The notes under the pieces are model-generated. The model made no database searches. It was given only the letters and a program-made list of their open reading frames with translations, and was not told the DNA's origin. Both the position numbers and the translations under genes were made by a program. Positions 1 to 13,194 of a stretch of DNA of 64,000 nucleotides are shown piece after piece; position 1 is the stretch's first letter, and every line of letters starts with the position of its first letter. Origin of the DNA: Eledone cirrhosa (Eukaryota); NCBI GenBank assembly GCA_964016885.1, contig OZ024742.1:104594001-104658000 (forward strand), in the 5' to 3' direction.

Positions 1-171
1 TTGCTTCACCTCGGGCCTATTAAGTAAAGACAGACCCTGCGCCATCGTTCCCAACCCTCTTAACCTATTCCTTACCAAACTAACAACTCTCTCCTTCCAT
101 TCCCCAAACACCTTTTGCTTCCACGGTTACTTTACCCAATTTATTCAATTATCTGCATTGTAGCAACTATA

Positions 172-415
172 TATCATCATCATCATCATCATCGTTTAAC
201 ATCTATCTTCCACACTAGCATGGGTTTAGACGGGAATTGTCCTACTTGAGGCAAGATTGGTCGGGTGACCGTGTCTCGCTCGAATAGGACTGTCTGGCAG
301 GTTTTCTACAGCTGGATGCCCTTCCTAACACCAACCACGTTTACAGTGTGGACTGGAAGGTTTTTACCGTGTTACCTACACAGCCACATTACAGCGTGGA
401 CTGTGCGTTTTTTTA
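172..415 (-). mobile_element. RTE family A 3' UTR fragment with (ATG)n tail
   Basis: Reverse complement matches the 3' UTR at about 26480-26717; CAT repeat at 175-193; abuts a (TA)n tract. Confidence 0.85.
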
Positions 416-458
416 ATATATATATATGTGTGTGTGTGTGTATATATATATGTGCATA

Positions 459-513
<55 letters not shown>

Positions 514-639
514 ATATATGTGTATATATATATATGTATATTATAGTATAGCTTTTCTTTTCAATATTATACACCCTCCCCAAGTGATACATATGGGGAC
601 ACATTCTCATGTCTGTGTATAACCCATGGATATATATAT

Positions 640-785
640 TATTAATAATTTTCCATTTATTACTATTAATAATATTATAATACTCCAGATGAAATTTCCA
701 CTGTAGAGTGCTTCATATCTGTTATGAACATAATTCTGTTGAATAATCATCAAAAAAGCATATAACTCATTGTTTTGATATATAT
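640..785 (+). mobile_element. Downstream fragment of the class-A hammerhead/Penelope-like family (no ribozyme retained)
   Basis: TTTCCATTTATT...TACTCCAG...CTGTAGAGTGCTTC..ATCTGTTAT matches the reverse complement of 31990-32085 and is similar to 59325-59365; TA-flanked. Confidence 0.55.
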
Positions 786-1602
786 ATAAAATAAAAATGG
801 CGTAGTCATACAATACATATATATATATACATGCACACACACAAACCAATTTTTTTTACAAATTTCTAATTCCCTCATTTTCCATCACTTAATTTTATTA
901 TTAAAGAAAAAAACTGAGGGTGGTAGATTAGAAGAGTTGTTAGAGCATTGGAGCAATGCCTTACAACATCCCCCACCCTGGAATGTTAAGCAATTTATTT
1001 ATTCAATAAACAAAACCTCACAATGTCAAGAAAGGCCATTGACATTATATAAAAATAATTGAACAGTATCTAATAAAAACAAAACACACCACTAAGGGAG
1101 TGGGGAATGAAAGAAGAAAAAGAAAATGAAAGGGAGAAAAAGAAAGAAGGATCAAGCAGTGAAAGAAAGGAAGAAGTGGAGGACAGTCACTACATCACAG
1201 TCTGAGAGGTGCCTCAGTCAGCCCCATGGACAAAACAGCAAACGGGTTAATGTGGAGAATAACGAAAGGCACCTGGTAGGGCTCCCTTCTCAAGTGGGCC
1301 ACCATCTTTCCAGCTTTACAGAGAAAGTCAGCAGTGTGGCAACCAAAGATTAGGCCTCAATGGAGACCACTGCAGTTGGTCAGGCCCTGATCATCTGAGT
1401 TCAAATCCCACCCAGGTCAACTTTACCTTTCAGCCTTGTGAGGTCGGTAAAGTAAAGTACCAGTTAAATACTGTGGTTGATATAATTGCTGGTCAGAAAG
1501 AATTATTAAAGAAAAACAAATTCATTTTAAAAATTATTTTATATAAAAATTATCTAAATCTGAAAAAATGTTTGCTTCATGAGAAATCTACTTATATATA
1601 TA

Positions 1603-2095
1603 ACCAGCAATTTCTCTGTCTGTCTGTCCGACAGTGGAAACACGTGCGTAGAGAGAGAGTGAGAGTGAAAGAAAGAGACAGACTACGAGAGGGGGATAGC
1701 GGGAGGGAGAGAGAGAGAGAGTGAATAGACGCTAAAACACGTGCTACAGAAACATTACCTTCCCCTCTCCACTGACTTTGGTCACTGAGGCCGAGGGAAT
1801 CACGCTGAGCGCGTCATAATGACGTAATGCAGACAGCCAGACATACAGACAGGTATTATAAGGGCGCAACGTTATATCTATGTATCTATCTAAAAAGAAA
1901 GACGAAGAATTATATAGAGAGAACGCTAAATCGCCTAATGCGGTCCCTAGGGCATTGAAAATTTGAAATAATTTTTGCTCAAAACACTCACAGGACCATA
2001 AGTATTACATGTCTAAAGTTTGAAAACAATCGGTTGGATGGTTCTCAAGTTTTAGTGAGCTGACAGACAGACATTCTCTGTTTTAGATATATAGA
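1603..2095 (-). mobile_element. Non-autonomous Helitron, minus copy
   Basis: 5' end TCTATATATCTAAAAC at 2095; 1820-2095 is a diverged inverted copy of 2133-2425; 3' end only tentative (CTGG|T near 1603). Confidence 0.6.
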
Positions 2096-2132
2096 CTAGC
2101 AGAAAACCGCCCGCCGTGTGGTTTTTTGCTAG

Positions 2133-2705
2133 TCTATATATATAAAACTGAGGATGTCTGTCTGTCTGTGTGTGTGTGAGTTTGAACTCCTAAAGCTAGA
2201 GAACCACCCAACCGACTGTTTTCAAACTTTACACATGTAATACTTGTGTTTCAGGGAGTGTTCTGAGCAAAAGAAATTTTCAATTTTCAATGCCCTAGGG
2301 ACTGCATTAGGCGATTTAGTGATCTCTCTCTATAATTCTTAGTCTTTCTCTTTTTAGATAGATACATACATATAAGGTCGAGCCCTTATAATATCTGTAT
2401 GTCTGGCTGTCTGCATTACGTCACTTCCTACAATTTGCTCTGTGCCCAGAACGCACCCTTATAATATCTGTCTGTACGTCTGGCTGTCTGCTGCCTCTGG
2501 TTATTCGGCCACCCTTGCTCAAGACAAATCTCACACTCATTCCCCAAACAGTTGGTAAGTGCACACAACTTCTTCCTCACGTTTTAAGCCACAGTGTTGC
2601 TTACTTACGTACCACCAGCCGTGGTTGTGGCAATACTAAGCTTAGCTAAGGCGGTTATATATTTCACAATACCTTATCCCGTGCAACGCCGGGTACCACT
2701 TCTAG
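2133..2705 (+). mobile_element. Non-autonomous Helitron
   Basis: Starts TCTATATATATAAAACTG; ends with hairpin CCCGTGCAACGCCGGG (2678-2693) then CTAG (2702-2705) followed by T. Confidence 0.8.
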
Positions 2706-2907
2706 TAAAGTATAATTTTCATAAATATTTGATTCTGAAATATTTGTCCTCCTGGTCTCCTGCCACCACTACATTGTTTTATATGGTAACATGTGCATGT
2801 ATGTAAATTCATTTACACACATACACAAGCAGGGAAAAGTGGACGTAAAATGGAATGATGAAATGATGATGACACACTCATCATTTTATGTCCACTTTTC
2901 ATGGTCA

Positions 2908-3068
2908 ATTTATTAAAGCTAAATAGTGAGTCTTGTTACTCTGGAATTTCACCTGTGATAAACAGGTGAAACTCCAGAGTAACAAGACTCACTATATAGC
3001 CCTAATAAAATGAATATATAAACTCTACTTCAGTATTGAGGACTCTTTTCTTTCAGCTGTCAACCACA
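2908..3068. mobile_element. Short fold-back element, probable Penelope-like pLTR fragment
   Basis: About 100-bp palindrome centred on CACCTGTGATAAACAGGTG-AAAC; second copy at 24110-24275; AATAAA follows; ends in (TA)n. Confidence 0.55.
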
Positions 3069-3369
3069 TATATATATATATATATATATTTACACACACA
3101 AATGTACATACGTTCACAAAAATACATATATAATGTACAAGTATGAACAGACTCACACACAACACACTCTCACACACACACATACTCCCTCACACACAAA
3201 TATGTTTCACATATCCATGGATATTTAGTAGTGCCAGAATTGTAGATAAATGAAAAGCTTCTGCCAAAATCTGAAGTGTTTATGTTTTAAGTATATAGTT
3301 ATGAAATAACAAAGAGAAATGTATCAAACTGGGTGGTCAGTCTAATGATTTACACACACCAATATATAG

Positions 3370-3570
3370 ATGAATATGAAAGTGTGTGGTTTAGAGGTTA
3401 GGGTGTTTAGTTCACTTTATTTCACATTGATCCAGTCCTCAGCTGGCAAAAATGAGTTGTGTCTGTAAATTCATATCACACACTGTGATATCACACACTG
3501 TGTCATGCTGAATCTTCCTGAGAATTGCATAAAGGGTGTCTTTGTCTGTGGAATTCTCAACCACTTAAAC
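3370..3570 (+). mobile_element. SINE family 2 (tRNA-like head), decayed
   Basis: CACTTTATTTCACATTG..CCAGT..CTCAGCTGG..TGTCATGCTGAATCT..CTGAGAA shared with 7335-7660 and 30340-30830. Confidence 0.65.
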
Positions 3571-3574
3571 ATAT

Positions 3575-4160
3575 TTTACCCTTTTGATACCAAACCAACT
3601 GACACCACTCCTCGTTCTATGATACAGGACTGTTTATTTCAAATTGCTTATATTTATCTAAAAATCTTCCATTATAGTTTCATCCTTACGGGGTCAATAA
3701 AATAAAGCATCAGTAGTGTACTGGGTTGATTTAATCGACTTTCCCCTCCCCTTCAAATTGCTGGTCTTCAGCCTAAAGTAGAAACAATTATAGTTTTATA
3801 TAAAAAGGTTTGTTAAGCCATGTTCCAAATAGCATCTTAATAATGAGAAAGTTAATGTATATACTCGAATATAAGCTGACCCCTTTATTTTGTGTCTGAG
3901 AGATGAGCAAAAATCCAAACCCCACTTTTAAGTTGAGACAACTAATCAACACATTGTTTAGATGGCATATATAAACTGCATTCCCCCCCCCCCCACCCCA
4001 TTTTACCATCAAATTTTTGGTCACATATTTCTTCGTTTATATTCAAGTATCTATGGTAAGTTATATTACTAAATACTGAAAATTCTTTTAATATTTTCAA
4101 AATTATTTGAAAAATCCTAAGCAGAATCTGTCATTAAAAATATAGTAACAAAAGGGTTAA
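3575..4160. mobile_element. piggyBac-like MITE family 2 carrying nested SINE and mariner/pogo MITE
   Basis: Ends (T)TACCCTTTTGATACCAA and GTAACAAAAGGGTTAA; related ends near 4605-4998, 16265-16750, 40890, 42272. Confidence 0.55.
3856..4058. mobile_element. Tc1/mariner-pogo-type MITE
   Basis: TIRs GTATATACTCGAATATAAGCTGA ... TTTATATTCAAGTATCTATGGTA; further copies at 38480-38550 and 53490-53696. Confidence 0.65.
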
Positions 4161-4729
4161 AACTCACATCTACTCTGTACATGTCCAAGCTAGAAAGTAT
4201 AAGGACATTTCTTTCATTAAAAACTGACAAAAAGAACAAACATTTTTTCTCTGGATTTGTTGCTTTGTTTAACTAAGATAATTGTAAGAAAAAAAAAGGG
4301 GGGTTTGACGACACACACACCTAAGACAACACTGTATAATGAGAATTTGAAGAAATCTTAATTAAGAGAACATTTTTTGTTTTCTATCCAAATAATTTAA
4401 TTAATGGTTGTTGTTGTTGTGGTGGTGGTTGTTATTCTTTAAGCCTCATATCAGACAGTTCAAACAAATTTATGATCAAAGGCACTCCAGCCATGACAAT
4501 TCCTTATTTTTTTTATGACTTATGTACCTAGGAATACATTATTCAATATGTTCTTTTCTCAAAGTAGTCGGGTGTAATCGATGGAGGTGTTTTTTATTAA
4601 AGTCGTTTAATACCAACTTGCTCAAAACCACCTCTGGTTCTATGGAATAAAATCACCTATTTTAAAGGGTTTCCAATTAAATCAAAAACCTTCCAACAAT
4701 TTTACATTTGTTAAATTATATTACAAATA

Positions 4730-4829
<100 letters not shown>

Positions 4830-5322
4830 CTCATGACAGTCACTTGTAATTGGGTATGATTTGGGGTGTTAGATTTCTTTTACACATTAAAGTTAAACAA
4901 TCAATAATGAAATAATTAATAACATTAGTAAATCTCTTCAACTTCTTTGATAACTAATTCAAAGTATTTCACTAGAATTACAGTAACAAAAGGGTTAAGG
5001 CAATAGAGTGATTGGGTTACTATTTCTATAGCAGATCAATCAATTGTATAGAGACACTCTCATTGGGTTTTGGTTAAATATGGATCATTAAAAATAAGGG
5101 CATTCTATGTAACCATTGCACCAAAAAGACACCAATATCAGTATGAAGTCTGCCATGGAGTCTGAGAGATTAATTCCTACTTTAACATGGAAAATAGCCT
5201 TAAAATGGTTCTTGTTGTTATTGCCTGTATATAAGCTGGAAAGAAAACGAAACATGTAGGTGTACAGATGTACAATCTAACTCATAAACACAGTTTAGAA
5301 ATTGGCAGTGGCAACTTCAAAA

Positions 5323-5672
5323 ATACAGATATAATATAGACACAAACACATATATATATAGTCTAACAAAGTTCTTTCGTTGCACATCTGCAACATCGTC
5401 AGTGGTGCTATTATGTTTCTTTTGTTAGACTATATATATGTGTTTGTGTCTATATTATATCTGTATATTTGACCGTTGGTCAGTCAATGGTAAACATTGA
5501 GGACCAAATAAATTAACTGATATAAAAGATACAGAAGCAAAAACCAACCAAACAGTGAGTGTTCTGATATTATTTCTGGCAATGTTATTACAACAATATG
5601 ACACTCCTCAAGTATAACAATATTTGTTTCGACACATGATTTCATATAAAAAAACCACGCAAAACAAATATA
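5323..5672. mobile_element. Penelope-like pLTR fragment with inverted duplication (family C)
   Basis: Arms 5323-5370 and 5420-5467 flank a hammerhead; downstream sequence matches 32845-33050 (inverted) and 33120-33180. Confidence 0.7.
5365..5406 (-). ncRNA. Minimal hammerhead ribozyme motif
   Basis: Minus strand: ACCA CUGACGA U GUUGCA GAUG UGCAAC GAAA GAAC UU UGUU; perfect core and 6-bp stem II, imperfect stem I. Confidence 0.7.
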
Positions 5673-5687
5673 TATATATATATATTT

Positions 5688-6025
5688 TCATTTCATTTCA
5701 TTTTATGTCCGCTTTTTTCCTGCTTGCAAGGGTGGGACGGGAACAGATTCTGGCTTGATTTCTACAGCTGGATGCCCTTCCTAACACCAACTTCATTTAC
5801 AGTGAGTGCTGGGTGCTTTTTTGCCGTGGCACCTCCAAGACCACTTTGCAGTGGTATGATATGGACCCCAGTCCCTATCATCTCATTTCTACAGCTGAGT
5901 AAACTGGAGCAATGTGAAATAAAGTGTCTTGCTCAAGGAAACAACACATCACCCGGTCTGAGAATTAAACTCACAATCTTTCGATTGCAAGGCCAATGCT
6001 CTAACCACTAAGCCATGTGCCTCCA
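5688..6025 (-). mobile_element. Chimeric tRNA-head/RTE-tail SINE
   Basis: Head GGAGGCACATGGCTTAGTGGTTAGAGC...GAGTTTAATTC; body matches RTE 3' UTR at 8770-8850; tail matches RTE family B; near-identical copies at 17987 and 31412. Confidence 0.8.
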
Positions 6026-6032
6026 TTATATG

Positions 6033-6069
<37 letters not shown>

Positions 6070-6073
6070 GTAT

Positions 6074-6911
6074 AGATTGTATGATGCCTGTATACTACGA
6101 ACAGCAATGCTACATGACAGTGAGACATGGGCATTATGTGCAGAGGACCTGCGCAGACTGGAAAGGAATGAAGCATGCATGCTCCGTTGGATGTGTAATA
6201 GTAATATATGTGAACGACAAAGCATAAATGAACTAAGTGAGAAATTAGGAATAAGAGGGATCAGATGCTGTTTACTCGAGAGAAGACTACATTGGTATGG
6301 CCACGTGATGCGCATGAAAGACGACAGCTGTATAAAAAGTGCAGGGCGATCAAAATTGACGGTAGTTACGGAGAAGGTAGACCCAGAAAAACCTGGGACG
6401 ACTTGATAAATTCCGACCTTACACACTTGCACCTCTCTAAGACAATGTCACTGGACCGAGATCTTTGGCGCTACGCAGTAATACAGAAGACCCGCCTTGC
6501 CTATGTACAAAGCAAAACCTACAGTCAGTAGGCACCTCTTAACCAAATATACACCCCAATCCACTACCCCTACCCTATCCTCCCACTCCCACCAACACCA
6601 CTCTCTCCGTGTAAACTTGGTACCACAACATCCAGTCCAAATAAATGAGATTGAGATCGTGCCGGTGTCACAAAAAAAAACATACAGTCCACGCTGTAAT
6701 GTGGTTGTGTAGGTAACATGGTAAAAAGTTCCCAGTTCCACACTGTAAATGTGGTTGGTGTTAGGAAAGCCATCCAGCCGTAGAAAACCTGCTAGATAGT
6801 CCTATATGAGCGAGACACGGTCAACCAACCAACCTTGCCTCAAGTGGGACAACTCCCGTCTAACCCATGCTAGCGTGGAAAATCGACGTTAAACGAAGAT
6901 GATGATGATGA
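6074..6911 (+). mobile_element. RTE family A, 5'-truncated and frameshifted
   Basis: RLYDACILRTAMLHDSETWAL...ERRLHWYGHVMRM..GRPRKTW homologous to the 24985 ORF; 3' UTR and (ATG)n tail; TA flanks. Confidence 0.9.
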
Positions 6912-7085
6912 TATATATATATATAATAGGTTGATGAGACTAGCATGGGTTTCACTGCTAGTATCGGTTGCATCTCAGCGTACTCAATAGGTAATGTTAA
7001 GTAAACTCCCAGAGTAGACACATAGTTATTCGCTTTAACACAACACACGTAAATGGGGACCTTCAATCTATACCCGATATATATA

Positions 7086-7317
7086 TCATCATCATCACCG
7101 TTTTACGTCCATTCTTCCACGCTAGCATGGGTTAGACGGGCTGTCCTGTTGTGGGCAGTGTCCAGTCGGCTGACCATGTCTTGCTCATACGGGAACTGGT
7201 TCTGGCTTGATTTCTACAGCTGGATGCCCTTCCTAACACCAACCTCATTACAGTGAGTGCTGGGTGCTTTTTTGCTGTGGCACCTCCATCACCCAATCCG
7301 AGAATTGAACTCACAAC
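7086..7317 (-). mobile_element. Chimeric SINE variant with RTE-A2 tail
   Basis: 7086-7285 matches the reverse complement of 8770-8960; joined to SINE-head fragment CATCACCC..GAGAATTGAACTCACAAC. Confidence 0.7.
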
Positions 7318-7334
7318 TATATATATATAGTAAA

Positions 7335-7620
7335 GGCATATACTTTAGGGTGATAGGCTCACAAGTGTAAGGTCTTAAGTTCAATTCCCAGACCAAGCAG
7401 TGTGTTGTGTCCATCAGTAAGACATTTTATTTTATGTTGCTCCAGCCTACTCAACAAGCAAAATAAGTTGTAACTGTAATTCAAGCAGCTAACCATGTCA
7501 CCCATTGTGTCTTGCTGAATCTCCCTGAGTACTATATTAAGGGATCATGTATCTATGAAAGGCTCAGTCACATACATATTAATTTCTCAAACAGGCAGTT
7601 CTGTTGATTGAATCACTTGA
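7335..7620 (+). mobile_element. SINE family 2, decayed
   Basis: tRNA-like head (AGTTCAATTCCC), then core TTTATTTTATGTTGCTCCAG and GCTGAATCTCCCTGAG. Confidence 0.65.
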
Positions 7621-7877
7621 AGTACTTACAGAAATGACAGAGGTCCAACACACACAGACACACACACAGACACACACACAGACACACACACACACACACA
7701 CACACACAGATAAAGAGATAAAAAGGAACACTGAGATAGACAGATATGAATGAATATACAGGAAGTTGATATAAATTGCTATCAAAATTTAGTGACCAAA
7801 TTTATTGAAGCATAATAAAAGCTAAAAAAAAATGCTATAAAAACTTTCTATTAAATAGAACATGGTTAATAGATATT

Positions 7878-7998
7878 TAGTAGTAGTAGTAGTTGGTGGT
7901 GGTGGTGGTGGTAATGGTGGTGTTGGTGGTGATTGTGATGGTGGTTGTGGTGGTGGTGGTAGTTTAGTGGTGGTGGTGGTGGTAGTTTGGTGGTGGTG

Positions 7999-8050
<52 letters not shown>

Positions 8051-8092
8051 CAGCAGCCGCCACAGAAGCAGCTGCAGCAATAGTAGTAGTAT
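7878..8092. repeat. (GGT)n/(TAG)n trinucleotide microsatellite
   Basis: Seen directly; similar tracts at 21600-21772, 39990-40600, 41680-42040, 45920-46120. Confidence 0.95.
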
Positions 8093-8379
8093 TAAGTGTT
8101 TCTAATATAGGTACAAGGTCAGTTAGTCAATTAAATCTACCCCACTACGTGACTGGTACCTTATTTTGTTGACTCTAAAAGAATGAAAGGCAAAGTTGAC
8201 ATCAGTAGGATTTGAACTCAAAATGTTAAGAGCCTGAATAAATAATTTTTTCTACTTTTAGCACAAGGCCAGCAATTACCCAGTGCATTATTTGGCATTA
8301 GGAAGAGCATCCAGCCATAGAAAACCAGCCAGAAACACCCCTATATGAGCGAGACATGGTCACTTGATACAACTTGCCT

Positions 8380-9036
8380 TTAACCCTTTAAAGTTCAAAC
8401 CGACCAAAACCGGCCAGAATTCTCTACCTCCTTCTGTTGAAACTGGCTGTAACTGGTCACTCAAACTGATGTTAAGGTATTGTTTTCAAAATAAATACTT
8501 TCAAAATCTCATAGATTCGATATTATGTGAGATGACCTGGGGTGAGGTGATAAAAGCCGACCTTACCCAATTACACCTCTCAAAAGCAATGACACACGAC
8601 CGTGACCTCTGGCGTCACGCAGTAATACAGAGTACCCGACCTCCCATGAGTACAAGCTGAAGCATATAGACAATATGCCCCCACTCCCCCCACCGCAAGG
8701 TGGTCGTGGAGGTGCCACGGCAAAAAAGCACCCAGCCCACACTGTAAAGTGGACGTGTAGGCACCACGAAAAAGCACCCAGCACTCACTGTAAATGAGGT
8801 TGGTGTTAGGAAGGGCATCCAGCTGTAGAAATCAAGCCAAATCAGTTCCTGTATGAGCAAGGCATGGTCAGCCGACCAGACACTGCCCACAACAGGACAA
8901 CCCGTCTAACCCATGCTAGCGTGGAAGAACGGACGTAAAACGGTGATGATGATGATGATGATGATTATGTGAGGTAAAGCCTTTACAATGAAAATATAAT
9001 AGTATATATAGAGTAATGTGAATGCTAAAGGGTTAA
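8380..9036. mobile_element. piggyBac-like MITE family 1 interrupted by an RTE 3' end
   Basis: TTAACCCTTTA... and ...TGCTAAAGGGTTAA ends; the RTE insert is flanked by duplicated ATTATGTGAG. Confidence 0.75.
8532..8964 (+). mobile_element. RTE subfamily A2 3' end
   Basis: TWGEVIKADLTQLHLSKAMTHDRDLWRHAV, 3' UTR, (ATG)n tail, 10-bp TSD. Confidence 0.85.
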
Positions 9037-9929
9037 ATGGGACCCGTCTAACCCATGCTAGTGTGGAAGATGAACGTTAATTGATGATGATGATGATGAT
9101 GATGATGATTACTGGTACTTTATTTTATTAACCCTGTAAGGCTGAAAGGCAAAGTTAACCTCGGCAGATTTGAACTCAGACAGTAAATGGCCATAACTCT
9201 ATGCTGCGTACCATAGTGTCTGGCACTCTACCGATTCTGCCAAATGACATTTTATCTGATGTTCTAACAACTCTGTTAATCTACTACCCCCACCGCCCTA
9301 ATAATAATTGTTTTTACTTTAGGCACAAGGCCAGCAAATACCCAGTGCATTACTGGTACTTTATTTTATTGACCCCGTAAGGATGAAAGGCAAAGTCAAC
9401 CTCACTAAAATAATAATAAAAGCTAAAATAATAATAAAGGCTAAAATAATAATAAAGGCTAAAATAATAATAATAATAATGATAATTTCTTCAAAATTTG
9501 AAAAAAAAATCCTTCAGTTAGTATTTTTCAAAAGTGACAAAAGATAAAGTACTGCAAGGACATCAAGTTTTGGTAAAAGAAAGGATTATTGAAGAAAGAG
9601 ACTGAGGGATTGATGTTAGCAACACAGAAACAGGCTCTAAGGCTAAATTGAACTAGAAGAATTATAGATAAGAAAAATTATTCATCCAAATATAGAATGT
9701 GCAACAAAACTGACTATAATTCACATAATCAGGATGGGGTATATATGAAGGCATGTACCAGAGGTTCTCAAAGTGGGCACTACTCCTGGGGGTGAGCAGG
9801 TTCAGGGTGTGCTGGGTGGTGGGTAGATGGTAAAGATGATACAATAGTACATTAAATATCCAATGATACATATTATATATAAATAAAGTAAAATAAAAAA
9901 TATATATTATTTATTTATACATAGTATAT

Positions 9930-10950
9930 ATCATATTATTTATTATATATAAATTAACGATTTTATTTATTATATATTATTTAATATATATAAATTAACG
10001 ATTTTATTTATTATATATTATTTAATATATATAAATTAACAATTTTATTTATTATATATTATTTAATATATATAAATTAACGATTTTATTTATTATATAT
10101 TATTTAATATATATAAATTAACAATTTTATTTATTATATATTATTTAATATATATAAATTAACAATTTTATTTATTATATATTATTTAATATATATAAAT
10201 TAACAATTATATTTATTATATATTATTTATTATATATAAATTAACGATTTTATTTATTATATATTATTTAATATATATAAATTAACAATTATATTTATTA
10301 TATATTATTTATTATATATAAATTAACAATTTTATTTATTATATATTATTTAATATATATAAATTAGCAATTATATTTATTATATATTATTTAATATATA
10401 TAAATTAACGACGATTTTATTTATTATATATTATTTAATATATATAAATTAACGATTTTATTTATTATATATTATTTAATATATATAAATTAACAATTAT
10501 ATTTATTATATATTATTTAATATATATAAATTAACGATTTTATTTATTATATATTATTTAATATATATAAATTAACAATTATATTTATTATATATTATTT
10601 AATATATATAAATTAACACTTTTATTTATTAAATATTATTTAATATATATAAATTAACAATTATATTTATTATATATTATGAATTGGCAGTATCAGTAGA
10701 GGGTCGGACGCCAGGCTTTCCAGCATAGTTACGTCCCTTTACGATCTGAGTTCAAATCCCGCCTAGGTTAACTTTGCCTTTCATCCTTATGGGGTCAATA
10801 AAATAAAGTACCAGTAATGCACTGGGTTAATTGCTGGCCTTGTGCCAAAAGTAGAAACAATTATTTAATATATATAAATTAACAATTTTATTTATTAAAT
10901 ATTATTTAATATATATAAATTAATAATTTTATTTATTTTATATTATTTAT
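9930..10950. repeat. 41-bp AT-rich minisatellite
   Basis: Unit ATTTTATTTATTATATATTATTTAATATATATAAATTAACG/A, about 20 copies, interrupted at 10680-10862. Confidence 0.95.
10680..10864 (+). mobile_element. SINE family 1 (tRNA-like head, Nin-like core), well-preserved copy
   Basis: TGGCAG..GTAG A-box-like, GAGTTCAAATCCC B-box, core GCCTTTCATCCTT..GGGGTCAATAAAATAAAGTACCAG, end GTAGAAACAATT; more than 20 copies in the window. Confidence 0.8.
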
Positions 10951-12219
10951 AGTTTAAGTGTAGGCAGGTCTCTGGAAATAGGGTTGGGGCATGCTGAGGG
11001 TATAACATGGCCTTGAGGGGGTCCGCGACCGAAACATTTTGAGAACCTTTGCCATATACAATATGTTTATTTATAATAAACATACATAAGTCTTGCTATG
11101 AATGTTTTAAGCTGTGATTATGTCACAGCTATCTTTGTAACCAGGCACTAGTGTTTCTAGATTTACTCATTCTGTACAGAAACAGTTCTCACATTGCTTC
11201 TGAGAGATCTGTGACTTGATCACATCTTAAAGCAGCATTCATAGTGAATTATATATGTTTCTCAAACATAAATATATTGTATCTGCCTTCATATCTCTAT
11301 TGTGAATCACACTGTTAGTGCTACTGCCAATTCCCATTGTATCAGAATGTTCACAGTGCAAAAAGTCTCAACATGATAAAATTGCAATAATAATTCACTG
11401 AAATTTTTGCAAGAGATTCGGCTTCGCATGCATTGTAAGAACTATAATAATTTTGAGGGAACAGAAATAAAAGTCCTTGAAAATGATCAAGTGGGGTTGT
11501 TATAGGACTTCACCTCTTCTCTTAAAGCCCTAAGCATATGCTTATTTTGTTTAACCCTTTAGCATTTAAACCAGTTGTATCTGTCCAGAATTCTCTCATC
11601 TTTTTCTGTTCAAATCAGCTGTAACTGGCCACTCATACTGATGTTAAGGTATTGTTCTCAAAATAAATAATATCAAAATTTCATAGATTTCATATTATGT
11701 GAGATAATTATGTGAGGTAAAGCCTTTACTGGGAAAATATAGAATGCAAACAGAAAGGAGACTGAAGCCCAATAATTCAGATATTGTGGATATTGAAAAA
11801 GAAAATATGCCTTGTAATTAACATATCATGTCCAGTTGAAACTAGAATAAATAAAATGTTGAATACTATTCTGACTTGAAGTAGGAAATTCTCAAATACT
11901 GGATGATAATGTTAGGATCCAACTAAATATCTATCATTGGGGCTTTAGGAAGAATTTGTGAGTAAACTTTGAAAAGCTGGATCTTAATCTGGGAATGGAT
12001 GCAATGCAGAAAACTTTTTTACTTGGATCAACAAGAATTATCTAGAAAATCCTTGATATACAAAGTAAGGACAGCTATGAACTGTATGAAAGGACCTTAA
12101 TAGGAGAAATGACAAGAATACTTCTCCTAGACCTTGGAGTGTGGTCCAATAGGAAATATAATTAAAACAGTTACTACATCAATATAATGCAATAATAATA
12201 ACAATAATAACAATAATAA

Positions 12220-13185
12220 TGATTTTTACTATAGACACAAGACCAGCAATTTGGGGAGAAAGGAAAGTCGATTAAATCAACCTCAGTGCATTACCAGTGC
12301 TTTATTTTATCGACCCTGTAAGGATGCAAGGCAAACCTAACCTCGGCAGGATTTGAACTCAGACCATAAAAGACCATAAGTATATGCCACTAAGCATGTT
12401 GTCTAACGCTCTAAATAATAACAGTAATATTAAAATAATGTTGTCTCTGATCAAGATGAAGCGAGAGTGTATTTGAATACATATAAAAATGAGAAAACTG
12501 ATCACTAGAACAGCTGTTAAAACAGCTAAATGCTGTCAAAGACAGTGATGGACAAAATGCCTCAGACAACGGAGACCAGCAGCTAGTGGTCAACAGGGAG
12601 ACAATCCACAAGGTGGGTGACAGGCAGATGAAATATAGAAAAGATTGAAAGAGGAGAATAAGGTGAAGTGTGTTGGCACACAAAAGTGACTGGAAGAAGA
12701 AAATAAAGAAAGGCGATGTACAAGACAAGTTTACACACACACATCTTCACCCTCATCAACTCTCAAACCAGCAAAGGTTTCTGATTTAGGCACAAGGCCA
12801 ACAATTTTGGGGAAGAAAAAGTCGATTATATTGACCCTTGTATTAAACTGTTACTTTATATTATCAAAAGGATGAAAGACTATGTTGACCTCAGTGGGAT
12901 TTAGAACCAGAATGTAAAGGATTATATCTAGATGCTTCAAAATATTTTGTTCAATGCTCTAATTATAACTTCTAAATTAGGCACAAGGCCGACAATTTGT
13001 GGGGAGAGGGAAAGTCAATTAAATGAACCCCAGTACATAACTGGTACTTTATTTTATCAACCTTGGAAAAATGAAAGGCAAAGCTCACTCTATGACAAGA
13101 TTAAAACTCAGAATGTAAAGATCCATGAGATAAATGATGCAATGCATTTTACTGAACACCTAACAATGCTGCTAATCTACCACCC
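12220..13185 (-). mobile_element. Cluster of SINE family 1 copies (12220-12410, 12775-12960, 12965-13185)
   Basis: AGGCACAAGGCC...GGATGAAAGGCAAAG...GAACTCAGA in each. Confidence 0.75.
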
Positions 13186-13194
13186 TTCCAATGT

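Larger units (their letters stand above)
9759..11051. mobile_element. hAT-type MITE swollen by an internal minisatellite
   Basis: TIRs CAGAGGTTCTCAAA / TTTGAGAACCTTTG; 8-bp flanks GCATGTAC / CCATATAC. Confidence 0.7.

Noticed and set aside
5955-6025. tRNA gene
   Set aside because: tRNA-like A and B boxes run into SINE core sequence and are multi-copy; SINE head, not a tRNA.
6931-6970. TTGATGAG-ACTAGCA…TGCTAGT hairpin
   Set aside because: Core lacks C3 and no GAAA follows the stem; at most a remnant.
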